Positions 42,628-53,953 are shown, counted from the stretch's first letter. The stretch is DNA of 64,000 nt from an uncultured delta proteobacterium (GCA_963705115.1 CAVPIX010000016.1:237365-301364), one strand, 5' to 3'. Translations and numbers: made by a program. The notes: a model not told the origin generated them from the letters alone.

Positions 42628-42984
42628 ATGCCCACCAACCTGGCTCTGCGTCTCAGCACCGTTAGTCACACTCTCGTTGCCCGCAACCGCAAAATGCGCA
42701 CCCAGGAAAGCTTCTGGGGGAAGGCCCTGATTTTCGGCCTCATCCTAACAGCGGTGGGGATAGTCCTGGTCAGCGTGCTCTGGGCCTGGAGCAATTTGCA
42801 GTGCACCGGCCTGAATTACCAGATTTCCCAGGCCCAGGAAGAAAAAAAGCAGCATATGGAACTCAACCGGAGGCTGCGGGTGGAACATTCCAACCTCACT
42901 TCCATAGCTCGCCTGGAAAAGCTGGCCGCTTCCTTTGACATGGGACCGCCCGCCCCAGGGCAGGTGGTGAAGGTGAGCTGGTAA
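42628..42984 (+). CDS. ftsL: Cell division protein FtsL
   Basis: TM plus coiled coil; between rsmH and ftsI. Confidence 0.88.
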   Translation: MPTNLALRLSTVSHTLVARNRKMRTQESFWGKALIFGLILTAVGIVLVSVLWAWSNLQCTGLNYQISQAQEEKKQHMELNRRLRVEHSNLTSIARLEKLAASFDMGPPAPGQVVKVSW

Positions 42985-45071
42985 TGAGCATCGGCCTCAC
43001 CAAATGGGCAAGGGTGCGCGTCATCATGGTGGGTCTGGGGCTGGCCTGCTGCGCCCTGGTCTTGGCAGGCCGATTCTTTCAGCTCCAGATTATCCAGGGC
43101 TCCCAGCTCAGAGAGCTTCTTGACCGGGAGGTTAAGAAGCAATGCCCGATTTTGCCGGTGCGCGGCCTGATTGTCGACAGAAATGGCGTTGAGCTGGCCA
43201 TCAGCACCCAGGTGTCGTCCCTCGTGGCCCACCCCAACCAGATAAAAGACCCGGACCTGATGAGCCGGGAGTTGGCCAAGGTTCTGGGCATGACCTACCA
43301 GGATATCAAAAAGACCATTACCCGGACCAAGCCCTTTGTCTTTGTCAAACGCTGCCTCACCCCGGAAAAGGAAGAGGCCTTCCGGGCCTGGAAAGAAGTC
43401 ACCAACAGCCGGGTGCTGGCGGCCAGAAAACGGGATGAGCGGGCCGACGAAGACGCCATCTATCTCATCCCCGAGGCTCGGCGCTACTATCCCCAACAGT
43501 ATTTGGCCGGCCCGATTCTGGGCTTTTGTGATATCGACGGCAACGGCCTTGAGGGCCTCGAGGGCTTTTTCAATCAGGACCTTTACGGCAAGCCTAAAAG
43601 TTGCGTCAGCACGCAGGATGCCCGGGGGCGCATTGTGGTTTCGGGGGAAAAAGCCTGGGACCCTGAAGTCATGGGGAACAACTTGGTGCTGACCATCGAC
43701 CGCACTATCCAATACATTGCGGAAAAAGAATTGCAAAAAGGGGTGGAGCGCTGGAGCGCCGCCGGGGGCATGGTCCTGGTTTCCAACCCCCAAACCGGAG
43801 AAATCCTGGCCATGGCCCAGGTGCCCCGCATGGACCCCAACCTGCCCGGCCACTACCCCAAGGAAGCCCGGCAGATTCGCCTGCTCACCGATGCCATTGA
43901 ACCGGGGAGCGCTTACAAAGTGTTCATTGTGGCAGCCGCCCTGGACGCCAAGATCGTCAAGCCCTCCGACCGCTATCATTGCGAAAACGGCAAGTGGCAG
44001 ATGAGCGCCAAGGAAGTAATTCACGACGTGCACCCCTACGGGGGCCTCACGGTTCAGCAGATCATCCAGAAATCCAGCAACATCGGCACCGCCAAAGTCA
44101 GCCATAAGATGGGCCCCAAGCTCATGGATGAATACCTGCGGAACTTCGGCTTCGGCAGAAAAACGGGCATTTCCTTTCCGGGAGAAACCACCGGGCTGAT
44201 GAAAAATCATCAACGCTGCCATTCTCTCATTGACCGCACCACCACCGCGTTCGGCCAGGGGGTGTCAGTGAGCGTCCTGCAGCTTTCCATGGCCTTAAAC
44301 GCCATCGGCAACGGCGGCGTGCTCATGGAACCCATCCTGGTCAAGGAAGTTGTCAACCCCTATAACGAGAAGCTGAAAGAGTTCAAGCCCCGGCCCGTGC
44401 GGCGGGTGCTCTCCCAGGAGACCTCGGCCACCATGCTGGGCATCATGGAAACCGTCACCCAGCAGGGGGGCACCGCCACCGAGGCCCCACCCCCGGGTTT
44501 CACGGTAGCCGGCAAAACCGGGACGGCCCAAAAGGTGGTGGGCCGGGCCTACTCTAAAAACAAGTACAACTCGGTGTTCATGGGGCTGGTCCCGGCCAAT
44601 AAGCCGGTGCTGTCCATTACCGTCATCATTGAAGAGTCCAAAGGGGCCATTTACGGGGGCGTGGTTTCTGCTCCCATTTTCCGGGAAATCGCCGGTCAGG
44701 CCCTGCGGGTTTTGGGTTACTATCCCACGCCTGAGAAGACTGACACGATTCTCACCAAAAACAAGGCGGGTGCGCCCCCAACCGCTGCGGCTCCCAAGCC
44801 GGACCCCATTTCTCTCCGGGAAGCCTCGGTAGTCGGGGCCCTGGATATCCAAAAGCTGGCCGCGTTCCAGGAGCAGCCGTTAACCGAACCTCTGAAGGTC
44901 ATGCCGGATTTGCGGGGCATGACCATCCGCCGGGCCATGAAAATTTTGAATCATTCCGGGGTCCGCTGCCGCACGCAGGGGAGCGGTCTGGCCGTGTCCC
45001 AACAGCCGCCGCCGGGCGCTCCCCTGGAACCGCATACTATTTGCGTGGTGAAATTTGAGCCTCATTCTTGA
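42984..45071 (+). CDS. ftsI: Penicillin-binding protein 3 with C-terminal PASTA domain
   Basis: RG.IVDRNG, EPGSAYK, SSN, KTGTAQK; PASTA (MPDLRGM). Confidence 0.95.
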   Translation: MSIGLTKWARVRVIMVGLGLACCALVLAGRFFQLQIIQGSQLRELLDREVKKQCPILPVRGLIVDRNGVELAISTQVSSLVAHPNQIKDPDLMSRELAKVLGMTYQDIKKTITRTKPFVFVKRCLTPEKEEAFRAWKEVTNSRVLAARKRDERADEDAIYLIPEARRYYPQQYLAGPILGFCDIDGNGLEGLEGFFNQDLYGKPKSCVSTQDARGRIVVSGEKAWDPEVMGNNLVLTIDRTIQYIAEKELQKGVERWSAAGGMVLVSNPQTGEILAMAQVPRMDPNLPGHYPKEARQIRLLTDAIEPGSAYKVFIVAAALDAKIVKPSDRYHCENGKWQMSAKEVIHDVHPYGGLTVQQIIQKSSNIGTAKVSHKMGPKLMDEYLRNFGFGRKTGISFPGETTGLMKNHQRCHSLIDRTTTAFGQGVSVSVLQLSMALNAIGNGGVLMEPILVKEVVNPYNEKLKEFKPRPVRRVLSQETSATMLGIMETVTQQGGTATEAPPPGFTVAGKTGTAQKVVGRAYSKNKYNSVFMGLVPANKPVLSITVIIEESKGAIYGGVVSAPIFREIAGQALRVLGYYPTPEKTDTILTKNKAGAPPTAAAPKPDPISLREASVVGALDIQKLAAFQEQPLTEPLKVMPDLRGMTIRRAMKILNHSGVRCRTQGSGLAVSQQPPPGAPLEPHTICVVKFEPHS

Positions 45072-45163
45072 AAACCTGGGGAGGGTTGCCAAGGTCAGCA
45101 CCTTGGGATAGGATTTTATTAGAATTCAAGAAAAGTCAGAAAAATTCATTTAGATTATAAAAA

Positions 45164-46696
45164 ATGGAGCCAAAACCAATAAAATCCCTGGCAGAGCTCC
45201 TCAGGGGGCTGGAAGGTGCTAAAACCTCGGGTGACGATCGCCTGCTGATCACCGGGGTGGCCTACCATTCCCAGCAAGTGACCCCCGGCGGGGTTTTTGT
45301 GGCCTTAAAGGGGGCCAAGACCGACGGGCACCGCTTTCTTAGCCAGGCCCTGGACCAAGGCGCCCGGGTGGTGGTTTCGGAAGAGCCTTTCGAACCCCCG
45401 GCCGGTGTGACCGTGGTGCGGGTGCCCCAGGCCAGGCTCGCCCTGGCCCATCTGAGCTCCGCTTTTTACGGCCACCCCAGCCGGGAACTGGTCCTGGTGG
45501 GCATCACCGGCACCAACGGCAAGACCACCACCAGTTTTCTGCTGGAGGCCATCCTGGGGGCGGCGGGACACCGGGTGGGGGTCCTGGGCACGGTGAATTA
45601 CCGGGTGGGAGAGGAGACCTGGCCGGCGCCGGTGACCACCCCCGAATCCCTGGACCTGCAGCGCCTCCTGCGGGAGATGCGGGACCGGGGCGCCAGCCAC
45701 GCCATTCTGGAAGTCTCCTCCCATGCCCTCATGCAGCACCGGGTGGATTTTTCCCGGTTCGCGGCCGGCATTTTCACCAATCTCTCCCAGGACCACCTGG
45801 ATTACCACAGCGACCTGGACGATTATTTCCGGGCCAAGTCACGGTTGTTCTTTGAGGTCTTAAAAAACGGCGCCGGTCGCCATGGCCTGTCGGTCCTCAA
45901 TCTGGACGACCCCTGGGGCCATGATTTACACGAGCGGGTGGCATCACCCAAACTTTCCTACGGCCATCACCTGGAAAGCACCGTGCGTCCCCTCTCCTTC
46001 CGGTATCAGCGTCACGGTCTGGAAGCAGTGCTGGCCACGCCCGCGGGGGAACTGGCCGTCAGGTCCCATATGGTGGGTCCCTACAACCTGGCCAATATCA
46101 TGGCGGCCGCGGCCACGGCCCTGGGGTTGGGGATCAGCCCCGAGGCCGTGCAGCAAGGCCTGGCCGGTCTTGCCGGGGTGCCGGGGCGCCTGCAGCGCCT
46201 GGGACCGCCGACGGGGCCCAGTGTTTTTGTGGATTACGCCCATACCCCGGACGCCCTGGCCCAGGTGCTGGCCGCGCTCAATGCCCTGGATTTCGGGCAG
46301 ATTATCACCGTGTTCGGCTGCGGCGGCGACCGGGACCGCACCAAGCGGCCCCTCATGGGGCAGGCCGCGGCCCAGGGGAGCGGCCTGGTGGTGGTCACCA
46401 GCGACAACCCCCGCACCGAGGACCCCGAAGCCATTATCCAGGACATCGAGGAGGGCCTCACGGCCCTGGGTTATCCCCGTTTGAGCCTGGCTGCGGCCCG
46501 GCGCGGGGAGCGGGGCTATCTCGTGACCCCGGACCGCCGGGAGGCCATTCGCCTGGCCGTTGACCTGGCCGGTCCCCCCGACGCGGTGCTGGTGGCCGGC
46601 AAGGGCCATGAAGATTACCAGATCTGGGGCGAGAACCGCGTCCATTTCGACGACCGGGAAGAGGTTCTTGACGCCCTGAAGGAGTATAGCCGCTGA
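45164..46696 (+). CDS. murE: UDP-MurNAc-tripeptide synthetase (mDAP-adding)
   Basis: TGTNGKTT, TTPES, EVSSH, DYAHTPD, DNPR, AGKGHE. Confidence 0.96.
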   Translation: MEPKPIKSLAELLRGLEGAKTSGDDRLLITGVAYHSQQVTPGGVFVALKGAKTDGHRFLSQALDQGARVVVSEEPFEPPAGVTVVRVPQARLALAHLSSAFYGHPSRELVLVGITGTNGKTTTSFLLEAILGAAGHRVGVLGTVNYRVGEETWPAPVTTPESLDLQRLLREMRDRGASHAILEVSSHALMQHRVDFSRFAAGIFTNLSQDHLDYHSDLDDYFRAKSRLFFEVLKNGAGRHGLSVLNLDDPWGHDLHERVASPKLSYGHHLESTVRPLSFRYQRHGLEAVLATPAGELAVRSHMVGPYNLANIMAAAATALGLGISPEAVQQGLAGLAGVPGRLQRLGPPTGPSVFVDYAHTPDALAQVLAALNALDFGQIITVFGCGGDRDRTKRPLMGQAAAQGSGLVVVTSDNPRTEDPEAIIQDIEEGLTALGYPRLSLAAARRGERGYLVTPDRREAIRLAVDLAGPPDAVLVAGKGHEDYQIWGENRVHFDDREEVLDALKEYSR

Positions 46697-48105
46697 TGCC
46701 AGCCACCTTCACCGCCGGCGGCATCGCCGCCGCCACCCGGGGCCTTTTGGTCCGGGGCCGGGCAGAACACGCTTTCGTGGGGGTAAGCACCGACTCCCGC
46801 ACCTGCCAGGCCGGGGAGCTTTTTGTCCCCTTAAGGGGCGAACGCCACGACGGCCACGCTTACATCCCCAAAGTCCTGGACCGGGGCGTGCGGGGGGTGA
46901 TGGTGGAAAACCGCATCCTGGGCCACAACGGCTTTTTGTCCCAACTGCCCCAGGACGTCACCGCGGTGGCCGTGGCCGACACCCTGGCGGCCCTGGGGGA
47001 CCTGGCCCAGGCCTGGCGCCGCCATTTTGCCATTCCGGTGGTGTCTCTCACCGGCAGTTGCGGCAAAACCACGGCCAAGGAAATGATCGCTCAGGTCCTG
47101 GCCCCCTATTACCGGGTCCTGAAAAACGACCTGAACCTGAACAACCTCATCGGCATGCCCCAAACCCTCCTGCAATTGGACGGCACTTATGAGGCGGCCG
47201 TGGTGGAAATGGGCATGAACCGCTTCGGGGAAATCCGCCGTCTCACCGAAATCAGCCAGCCCACAGTGGGGGTACTCCTGAACGTCTATCCGGCCCACAC
47301 CGAAGGGGTGGGTTGCATAGAAGGGGTGGCCCGGGCCAAGGGGGAACTCATCCAGGGCCTCTTCCCGAACGCAACCCTGGTCTACAACGCCGACGATCTG
47401 CGGGTTGCCTGCCAGGCCGGGGGCTTTAAGGGCCGCCGCCTGGGATTCGGTTTTGGTCCTGAGGCCGATGTACGGGCCCTGAGCCGCCATTCCCTGGGGG
47501 TGAATGGCCAGACCATCCAGGTGTCCTGGCGGGGGAAAAGCTGGACCATTTCTCTGGGGATTCCCGGGGAGCACCAGGCCATGAACGCCCTGGCCGCCGC
47601 GGCCGTGGCCCTGGCCCTGGGTCTGCCCGCTGAGGAAGCCACCGCCCATCTGGCCGGGTTCAACGCCATCCAGCGGCGCTCACAGTTGCAGGACCTGCCC
47701 TCCGGGGTGCACCTCTTGAACGATTGCTACAACGCCAATCCCGGCTCCATGGCCACGGCTCTGTGCACCCTGTCCGAGCTTAGGGGCAGCGGCCGGGCCG
47801 CGGCGGCCCTGGGGGATATGCTGGAGCTGGGGACCGCCGCCGCCGAGGCCCACCGGGAACTGGGCCGCCAGGCCGCCCAAGCAGGACTGGATTTGCTGGT
47901 GGTTTACGGCAACCACCGTGAGGAGGTGGCCGCCGGGGCCCAAGAGGCCGGCTTGCCACCGCCCCACCTCTTCCCAGTGGCCACTAAAGAGGAAGGGGCC
48001 CGGCTTCTCAAGGATTTTCTGAGACCGGGAGACTGGCTGTTAGTGAAGGGTTCCCGCTCCATGCGCATGGAGAACATCATCGAGCTTTTGAAGCAGCAAC
48101 ACTAA
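46696..48105 (+). CDS. murF: UDP-MurNAc-pentapeptide synthetase
   Basis: TGSCGKTT.KE, EMGM, D.YNANP.S, GDMLELG, KGSR. Confidence 0.96.
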   Translation: MPATFTAGGIAAATRGLLVRGRAEHAFVGVSTDSRTCQAGELFVPLRGERHDGHAYIPKVLDRGVRGVMVENRILGHNGFLSQLPQDVTAVAVADTLAALGDLAQAWRRHFAIPVVSLTGSCGKTTAKEMIAQVLAPYYRVLKNDLNLNNLIGMPQTLLQLDGTYEAAVVEMGMNRFGEIRRLTEISQPTVGVLLNVYPAHTEGVGCIEGVARAKGELIQGLFPNATLVYNADDLRVACQAGGFKGRRLGFGFGPEADVRALSRHSLGVNGQTIQVSWRGKSWTISLGIPGEHQAMNALAAAAVALALGLPAEEATAHLAGFNAIQRRSQLQDLPSGVHLLNDCYNANPGSMATALCTLSELRGSGRAAAALGDMLELGTAAAEAHRELGRQAAQAGLDLLVVYGNHREEVAAGAQEAGLPPPHLFPVATKEEGARLLKDFLRPGDWLLVKGSRSMRMENIIELLKQQH

Positions 48106-48179
48106 TAAGCTAGGGAAGATCACCAAGACTAGAAAACAGAAAATATCTGGTTGATGACACTATTTTGAGGGCCTAATCC

Positions 48180-49259
48180 GTGTTTTATCATTTGCTTTAT
48201 CCTTTAAAGGCATATTTCGGCGCCTTCAATGTATTCCGGTACATCACCTTCCGGACTTTTTCCGCCATTCTCACGGCCCTCCTGCTTTCTCTGATCATCG
48301 GCCCCTGGTGCATCAAAAAGCTCAAGGAACTGCAGATCGGCCAGTTCATCCGGGAAGACGGCCCCCAATCCCACCATTCCAAGGCGGGCACCCCCACCAT
48401 GGGGGGCCTCATGATCATCTTCACCATGCTCATCAGCACCTTTCTGTGGGCTGATCTGAAAAACCCCTATATCTGGGTTCTGGTTATGGTGACCCTGGGT
48501 TTTGGCGCGGTGGGCTTTCTGGACGACTACCTGAAAGTCATCAAGAAGCACAACCGGGGCCTCACCGGCCGGCAGAAACTGGTGGGACAATTCATGGTGG
48601 CCCTGGCGGCCTCCCTGTGGCTCTATTTTTTGCCAGATTTTCTGCCTACCCTGACCATTCCTTTCTTTGAAGATGTTCGTCCGGACCTCTCTTACTGGTA
48701 CATTCCTCTGGCCCTTCTGGTCATCGTGGGCACGGCCAACGCCGTCAATCTCACCGACGGCCTGGACGGCCTAGCCATGGGACCGGTAACCATTGCCGCG
48801 GGTTTTTACGCCATTTTCGCCTACCTGGCCGGCAATGCCATCATCGCCCGCTATTTGAAAATCACCTTCGTTCCAGGCGTGGGAGAAGTTTCGGTCTTTC
48901 TTGGGGCCCTGGTGGGCGCAGGTATAGGTTTTCTCTGGTTCAACTCCTATCCCGCCCAGGTCTTTATGGGGGACGTGGGCGCCCTGGCCCTGGGGGGCGT
49001 TTTGGGGACGGTGGCCCTGGCCACCAAGCAGGAAATCCTCCTCATCCTCGTGGGGGGGCTTTTCGTGGTGGAAGCCTTGAGCGTCATCCTGCAGGTGAGC
49101 TTCTTCAAGGTCACCAATGGCCGCCGCATCTTCCGCATGGCTCCCATTCACCATCATTTTGAACTTAAGGGCTGGCCCGAGCCCAAGGTTATCGTGCGTT
49201 TTTGGATTATTGCCATCATCTTGGGGATTTTGTCCCTGAGCACTTTCAAACTGCGCTGA
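48180..49259 (+). CDS. mraY: Phospho-MurNAc-pentapeptide transferase
   Basis: [40 protein letters not shown]. Confidence 0.97.
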   Translation: MFYHLLYPLKAYFGAFNVFRYITFRTFSAILTALLLSLIIGPWCIKKLKELQIGQFIREDGPQSHHSKAGTPTMGGLMIIFTMLISTFLWADLKNPYIWVLVMVTLGFGAVGFLDDYLKVIKKHNRGLTGRQKLVGQFMVALAASLWLYFLPDFLPTLTIPFFEDVRPDLSYWYIPLALLVIVGTANAVNLTDGLDGLAMGPVTIAAGFYAIFAYLAGNAIIARYLKITFVPGVGEVSVFLGALVGAGIGFLWFNSYPAQVFMGDVGALALGGVLGTVALATKQEILLILVGGLFVVEALSVILQVSFFKVTNGRRIFRMAPIHHHFELKGWPEPKVIVRFWIIAIILGILSLSTFKLR

Positions 49260-49261
49260 TT

Positions 49262-50617
49262 ATGGACGTCACCGGGAAAAAGGTTTTGGTGGTAGGCTTG
49301 GCCCGCACCGGCGCGGCCCTGGCCCGCTTTCTGGCCCAGGCCGGGGCCCGGGTCACGGTCACCGACATGGCGCCGGCCGCTGATCTGGCGGAGATGCGGG
49401 CCCAAATCCACAACCTGCCGGTCACCGAAGAACTGGGAGTGCCCCAGCCGGCCGACGTTATGAGCTTTGACCTTATCCTGCCGAGCCCTGGCGTGCCGCC
49501 GGAACTTCCCTGGCTGGAGGCGGCCCGCCGCGCCGGCATCCCGGTGTGGGGGGAACTGGAGCTGGCCAGCCATTTCCTCACCAAGCCGGTCCTGGCGGTG
49601 AGCGGCACCAACGGCAAGACCACCACCACCACCCTGGTGGGGAAATTCCTCACCGCCAGCGGCCTCAGAACCCTGGTGGGCGGCAACATCGGCACCCCCC
49701 TGGTTTCCCTCCTGGGAAAGCAGGACGAAGCCGACCGCCTGGTGCTGGAGGTCAGCAGCTTCCAGTTGGACACCGCGCCCCACTTTCATCCCCAGTTCGC
49801 CGCGCTCCTGAACATCACCCCGGACCACCTGGACCGCTATGCCGATTATGCCGCGTATGTGGCCTCCAAGGCCGGTCTGTTCCGGGCCATGACCGCGGCG
49901 GAACCTAAAGTCCTCAATTACGACGACCCCCTGGTGCGTCCCCTGGGCCAGAATTTGGGGAAAGTCCATTATTTTTCGGCAATTGAGCCCCTCGCCACCG
50001 GGGCCTGGCTGGCGGCCGGAGTTATCAAGGTCTGTCTGACCCCGGACCGGGAGGAAGCCTTCCCCTTATCTGAGATCCGCCTTAAAGGGACCCACAATTA
50101 CGAAAACATCATGGCCGCGCTGCTCCTGTCTTTGGCCGCGGGAGCCCAGCCCCAGGCCTGCCGGGAGGTGTTGGCCGCGTTTGTGGGGCTTCCCCACCGC
50201 CTGGAATGGGTGGCCACCCGGGCCGGCGTGGACTACTACGACGACTCCAAGGGCACCAACGTGGGTGCGGTGGCCCGCTCCCTCGGTTCTTTTGACCGGC
50301 CCGTCGTCCTCATCGCCGGCGGCCGGGACAAGGACAGCGATTTCAGCCTGTTGAACGATCTCATCAAGGAACGGGTCAAGGCCCTGGTCCTGATTGGCGA
50401 GACCAAGGAGCATTTGTCCCGGGTGTGGGAGGGCCTGGCCCCGGCCTATGCGGCCGCGGACATGGCGGACGCGGTGGCCCGGGCCGCGGCCTTGGCCGGC
50501 CCGGGGGAAGTGGTGCTTCTGTCTCCGGCCTGCGCCAGTTTTGACATGTTCCGGGATTACGCCCATCGGGGCGAAATTTTCCAGAAAGCGGTAAAGGAGG
50601 GGGGACATGCTGAATAA
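49262..50617 (+). CDS. murD: UDP-MurNAc-L-Ala:D-Glu ligase
   Basis: SPGVP, GTNGKTT, EVSSFQL, DHLDRY, DSKGTN, SPACASFD. Confidence 0.96.
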   Translation: MDVTGKKVLVVGLARTGAALARFLAQAGARVTVTDMAPAADLAEMRAQIHNLPVTEELGVPQPADVMSFDLILPSPGVPPELPWLEAARRAGIPVWGELELASHFLTKPVLAVSGTNGKTTTTTLVGKFLTASGLRTLVGGNIGTPLVSLLGKQDEADRLVLEVSSFQLDTAPHFHPQFAALLNITPDHLDRYADYAAYVASKAGLFRAMTAAEPKVLNYDDPLVRPLGQNLGKVHYFSAIEPLATGAWLAAGVIKVCLTPDREEAFPLSEIRLKGTHNYENIMAALLLSLAAGAQPQACREVLAAFVGLPHRLEWVATRAGVDYYDDSKGTNVGAVARSLGSFDRPVVLIAGGRDKDSDFSLLNDLIKERVKALVLIGETKEHLSRVWEGLAPAYAAADMADAVARAAALAGPGEVVLLSPACASFDMFRDYAHRGEIFQKAVKEGGHAE

Positions 50618-51789
50618 AGTTGACCTGGCCTTGAATTCCCACCACGATCTCCCCTTGCTGGCCAGCGCCATGGCCCTGGTGTCCCTGGGGCTGACCATGG
50701 TCTTCATCTCTTCCACCGTCATGGCCAATTCCCAATACCAGGACCCTTATTTCTTCGTCAAACGCCAATCCGTCTATGCCCTGGTGGGGGTGGGCATCCT
50801 CGTCTTGGGGCGCTCCATTGACTACCATGCCTATCAACGTTACGTGTATTGGTTTTTATTAATAGCCCTCATCGGCCTCATCCTGGTGTTCGTCCCCGGC
50901 CTGGGGGCCAAAGTCAGAGGGCGCCGCCCGCTGGGTGCGCCTGGGGCCGCTGACCCTGCAGCCCTCTGAGTTCGCCAAACTGGCCGTGGTCATTTTCCTG
51001 GCCTATTCCCTGGCCAACAAGCAGGAAAAGATGAAATACTTCGCCATCGGCTTTTTGCCCCACATGCTCATAGCCGGGGTCTATATCCTCCTCATCATGA
51101 AGGAGCCGGATTTCGGCACCTCCCTCACCCTGGCCGGCATCGTGCTTATCATGCTCCTGGTGGGGGGCACCCGCCTCACCTATATTCTCGTTTCCGTGGG
51201 CTTGGCGGCCCCGCTGCTGGTGTTCATGGTCTTGAAAGACCCGAAAAAATTCTCCCGCATCCTGTCTTTTCTCGACCCCTGGAAGTATGGCCAGGACGTG
51301 GGCTACCAGCTGAAGCAATCTTTGCTGGCCATCGGCTCCGGCGGCCTCTTCGGCATGGGCCCCGGTCAGAGCCGGGCCAAGTTGTTCTACCTTCCCGACG
51401 CGCATACGGACTTTATTCTTTCCATCTTCAGCGAAGAACTGGGCTTCGTGGGCATCATTCTCGTCCTGACCCTGTTTGTTTTGCTGGTATGTCGGGGATT
51501 GCTCGTTGCTTTGCGGGCCCCGGATGCCTTTGGGTCGTACCTGGCTTTGGGCCTGACCCTGGTCATCGGCTTGCCCGCCTGCATCAACATGGGCGTGGTG
51601 AGCGGCATTCTGCCCACCAAGGGACTTTCCCTCCCTTTCCTGAGCTACGGCGGCTCCTCTCTCTTGGTCAACCTCCTGGCGGTGGGCATCCTCCTGAATA
51701 TCAGCAGTCAAATAAAACGGCCGGCGGCCAATGCTGCGCCCACCGGCCAGGCCGGGAGACTGAAGGCCCCGGCCTCGAGCGGAAAATGA
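50607..51789 (+). CDS. ftsW: SEDS peptidoglycan polymerase FtsW; +1 frameshift near 50920
   Basis: Restored GAARWVRLG; QPSEFAK, EPDFG, GYQ, LPDAHTDF, PTKGLSLPFLSYGGSS. Confidence 0.95.
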
Positions 51790-51872
51790 AGGGGAATTAA
51801 CCCTTTTATATACAGAACATCCGTGAACCAGGGGAGGTTCACCAACATAGCGCAGGCAGAGGGGGAACTGCC

Positions 51873-52616
51873 ATGGGATATGCCATTTTAAGGGATGAGG
51901 GGTCTATTCACGCCAAGATCCGGGAACTCTTCAAGGGCCGCCGCACCCGTTCCCGGCGGCGGGTTGTTTTGGGGCCATTGGCGGCCCTGGCTCCATTAGC
52001 GCCCCTGAAAGACATCCGCGACGTGGAGTTCTATTCCTGGGGCCAGGAAAACCTGCCGGACCAGGGGCCTTTGGCCTCCCTGGTGGACCGGGGGGTCAGG
52101 ATCAACTGGGTTAACCCCATGCACCTGCAGCTTTACTGGGTCAAAGGCAAGGGGGCCGTAATCGGGCCGGGTCTCAGGGCCAGCAACCTGCTGGCGGAAT
52201 ACGACCGGGACCACCAGGACAATTTGGCCCTCTATCTTGACGAGCGGGCTTTAACGGCCGTGGACGAAGTGTTGGGGCCTTTGCTTCTCGACCCGGCCGC
52301 CAGCGACACCTTTTCCGACTTGCAGGAAAGCTGCAATTTGTTATGGCGCCTGGCTGAGGGCATCACCTGGGCGGAGCCCCCCAGGGCCTACCCCTCCATA
52401 ACTCCTGTGCTCCCGGCCCAAGGCGAACCGGAAGACTCCCTGGCGGCCCTGGCAAACCGCCAGAAGGCTCAGACCCGGGAAAATTGGCACAGTTTTCTGG
52501 CCGAAGAGATGCAGGGACCGGAGGGCTTGCTGTGCTTTTACGATCAGCCCCGGTCCAAACTGGTGGAGCGCTGCTGCCATTTTTTTGTGGGCTTTACCGC
52601 GTTTTTTCTGGTCTGA
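51873..52616 (+). CDS. Hypothetical protein inserted in dcw cluster, possibly degenerate PLD-fold
   Basis: 247-aa ORF with purine-rich RBS; MHLQLYW..GKGAVIG resembles HxK-type PLD core; hydrophobic C-terminus. Confidence 0.6.
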   Translation: MGYAILRDEGSIHAKIRELFKGRRTRSRRRVVLGPLAALAPLAPLKDIRDVEFYSWGQENLPDQGPLASLVDRGVRINWVNPMHLQLYWVKGKGAVIGPGLRASNLLAEYDRDHQDNLALYLDERALTAVDEVLGPLLLDPAASDTFSDLQESCNLLWRLAEGITWAEPPRAYPSITPVLPAQGEPEDSLAALANRQKAQTRENWHSFLAEEMQGPEGLLCFYDQPRSKLVERCCHFFVGFTAFFLV

Positions 52617-52858
52617 GCTTGGGGCGGCATAGCCCATTCAGCATTGCCCCTTTCATTTATTGGGAAGGGCTTGCCTTGATTCCTTTTTCCCCCTCTCCCC
52701 AATGGGGGAGAGTGGCTGGGGTGAGGGGGAAAAATAATTCTTTAGTTAACCCTTAGAAAAACAGTCAACCAAAGTTTTGTTAACCTTGATCCGAGAGGGG
52801 GCAGGGGCTTGGGATCCTTGGCCCCCTCTCCCCGCCAGGGCCTTAGAAAGGACAAGCC

Positions 52859-53953
52859 ATGCATCCCAGGGTGGTCATTGTGGGCGGCGGCACGGGCGGT
52901 CACCTGTTCCCGGGCATCGCGGTGGCCCAGGAGTTTCGGGCCGGCCATCAGGCTGAGGTCATTTTTCTCACCACCCCCAAGCCGGTGACCATCCAGATCC
53001 TGGAAAAATACCAGCTTCCCTGGGAAGCCGTGGCCTCCCGCGCCGTCATGGGCATGGGGCTCATCAGCCGCCTCAAGGCCTGGTTCGGGGTGCCGGGCCA
53101 CGTCCTGGCGGCCCGCAGTCAACTGAAAAAACTCAAGCCCGACCTGGTTCTGGGCGTGGGCGGCCATGCCTCCGGACCGGTGGGAGTGGCGGCCTGGACT
53201 TTGGGGATTCCCCTGGCCATCCATGAGCAGAACGCCATCCCCGGCCTCACCAACCGCTTGCTGGGCCGCCTGGCCGGACGGGTTTTCCTGTCTTTCCCCG
53301 AAGAAGCAGGTCAGTTCGCCCCGGAAAAAAGCCGCTGGACCGGGAACCCCATTCGCAGTGAATTTTTCGAATCATCACCCCCCCGGCCGGCGCGGCCCTT
53401 CACCTTGCTGGTCATGGGAGGGAGCCAGGGGGCGCACCACCTGAACGTTGAAGTCTTAAAAGCCCTGCCTCTTCTGGCTGATCACCGGGATCACCTGAAA
53501 TTCCTCCACCTTACCGGGGAGGCCGACCTGGACCTGGTGCAGCAGGGCTATGCGGCAACAGGTTTTGCCGCCGAAGTTGCGGCTTTCACCCCGGAGGTGG
53601 CCGCCTGGATGGCTCGGGCCCATCTGTTGGTCTGCCGGGCCGGGGCCTCCACCCTGGCCGAGCTTACCGCCCGGGGCCGGGCGGCGCTGCTCATCCCCTA
53701 CCCTTTTGCGGCCAACAACCATCAGGAGGCCAACGCCCGCTTTCTGGAAAATGCCGGGGCAGCCACCCTCATCTTAAATAAACATTTTACAGGAGAGCTT
53801 TTGGTTGATAGGATAGGGCAGTTTTTGGCGGAGCCGCAGCGCCTTCAGGACATGGAGGCGGCCAGCCTGCGCTTAGCCAAGCCCCGCGCCGCCAGGGAGA
53901 TCGTGGAGGGCTGCCTGGAGATGTTGGGGAATCCACCTCACTATTCCAAATAA
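52859..53953 (+). CDS. murG: Lipid II GlcNAc transferase
   Basis: GGGTGGH, HEQN..PG..N, GNPIR, GGSQGA, RAGAST, HQ..NA. Confidence 0.97.
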   Translation: MHPRVVIVGGGTGGHLFPGIAVAQEFRAGHQAEVIFLTTPKPVTIQILEKYQLPWEAVASRAVMGMGLISRLKAWFGVPGHVLAARSQLKKLKPDLVLGVGGHASGPVGVAAWTLGIPLAIHEQNAIPGLTNRLLGRLAGRVFLSFPEEAGQFAPEKSRWTGNPIRSEFFESSPPRPARPFTLLVMGGSQGAHHLNVEVLKALPLLADHRDHLKFLHLTGEADLDLVQQGYAATGFAAEVAAFTPEVAAWMARAHLLVCRAGASTLAELTARGRAALLIPYPFAANNHQEANARFLENAGAATLILNKHFTGELLVDRIGQFLAEPQRLQDMEAASLRLAKPRAAREIVEGCLEMLGNPPHYSK

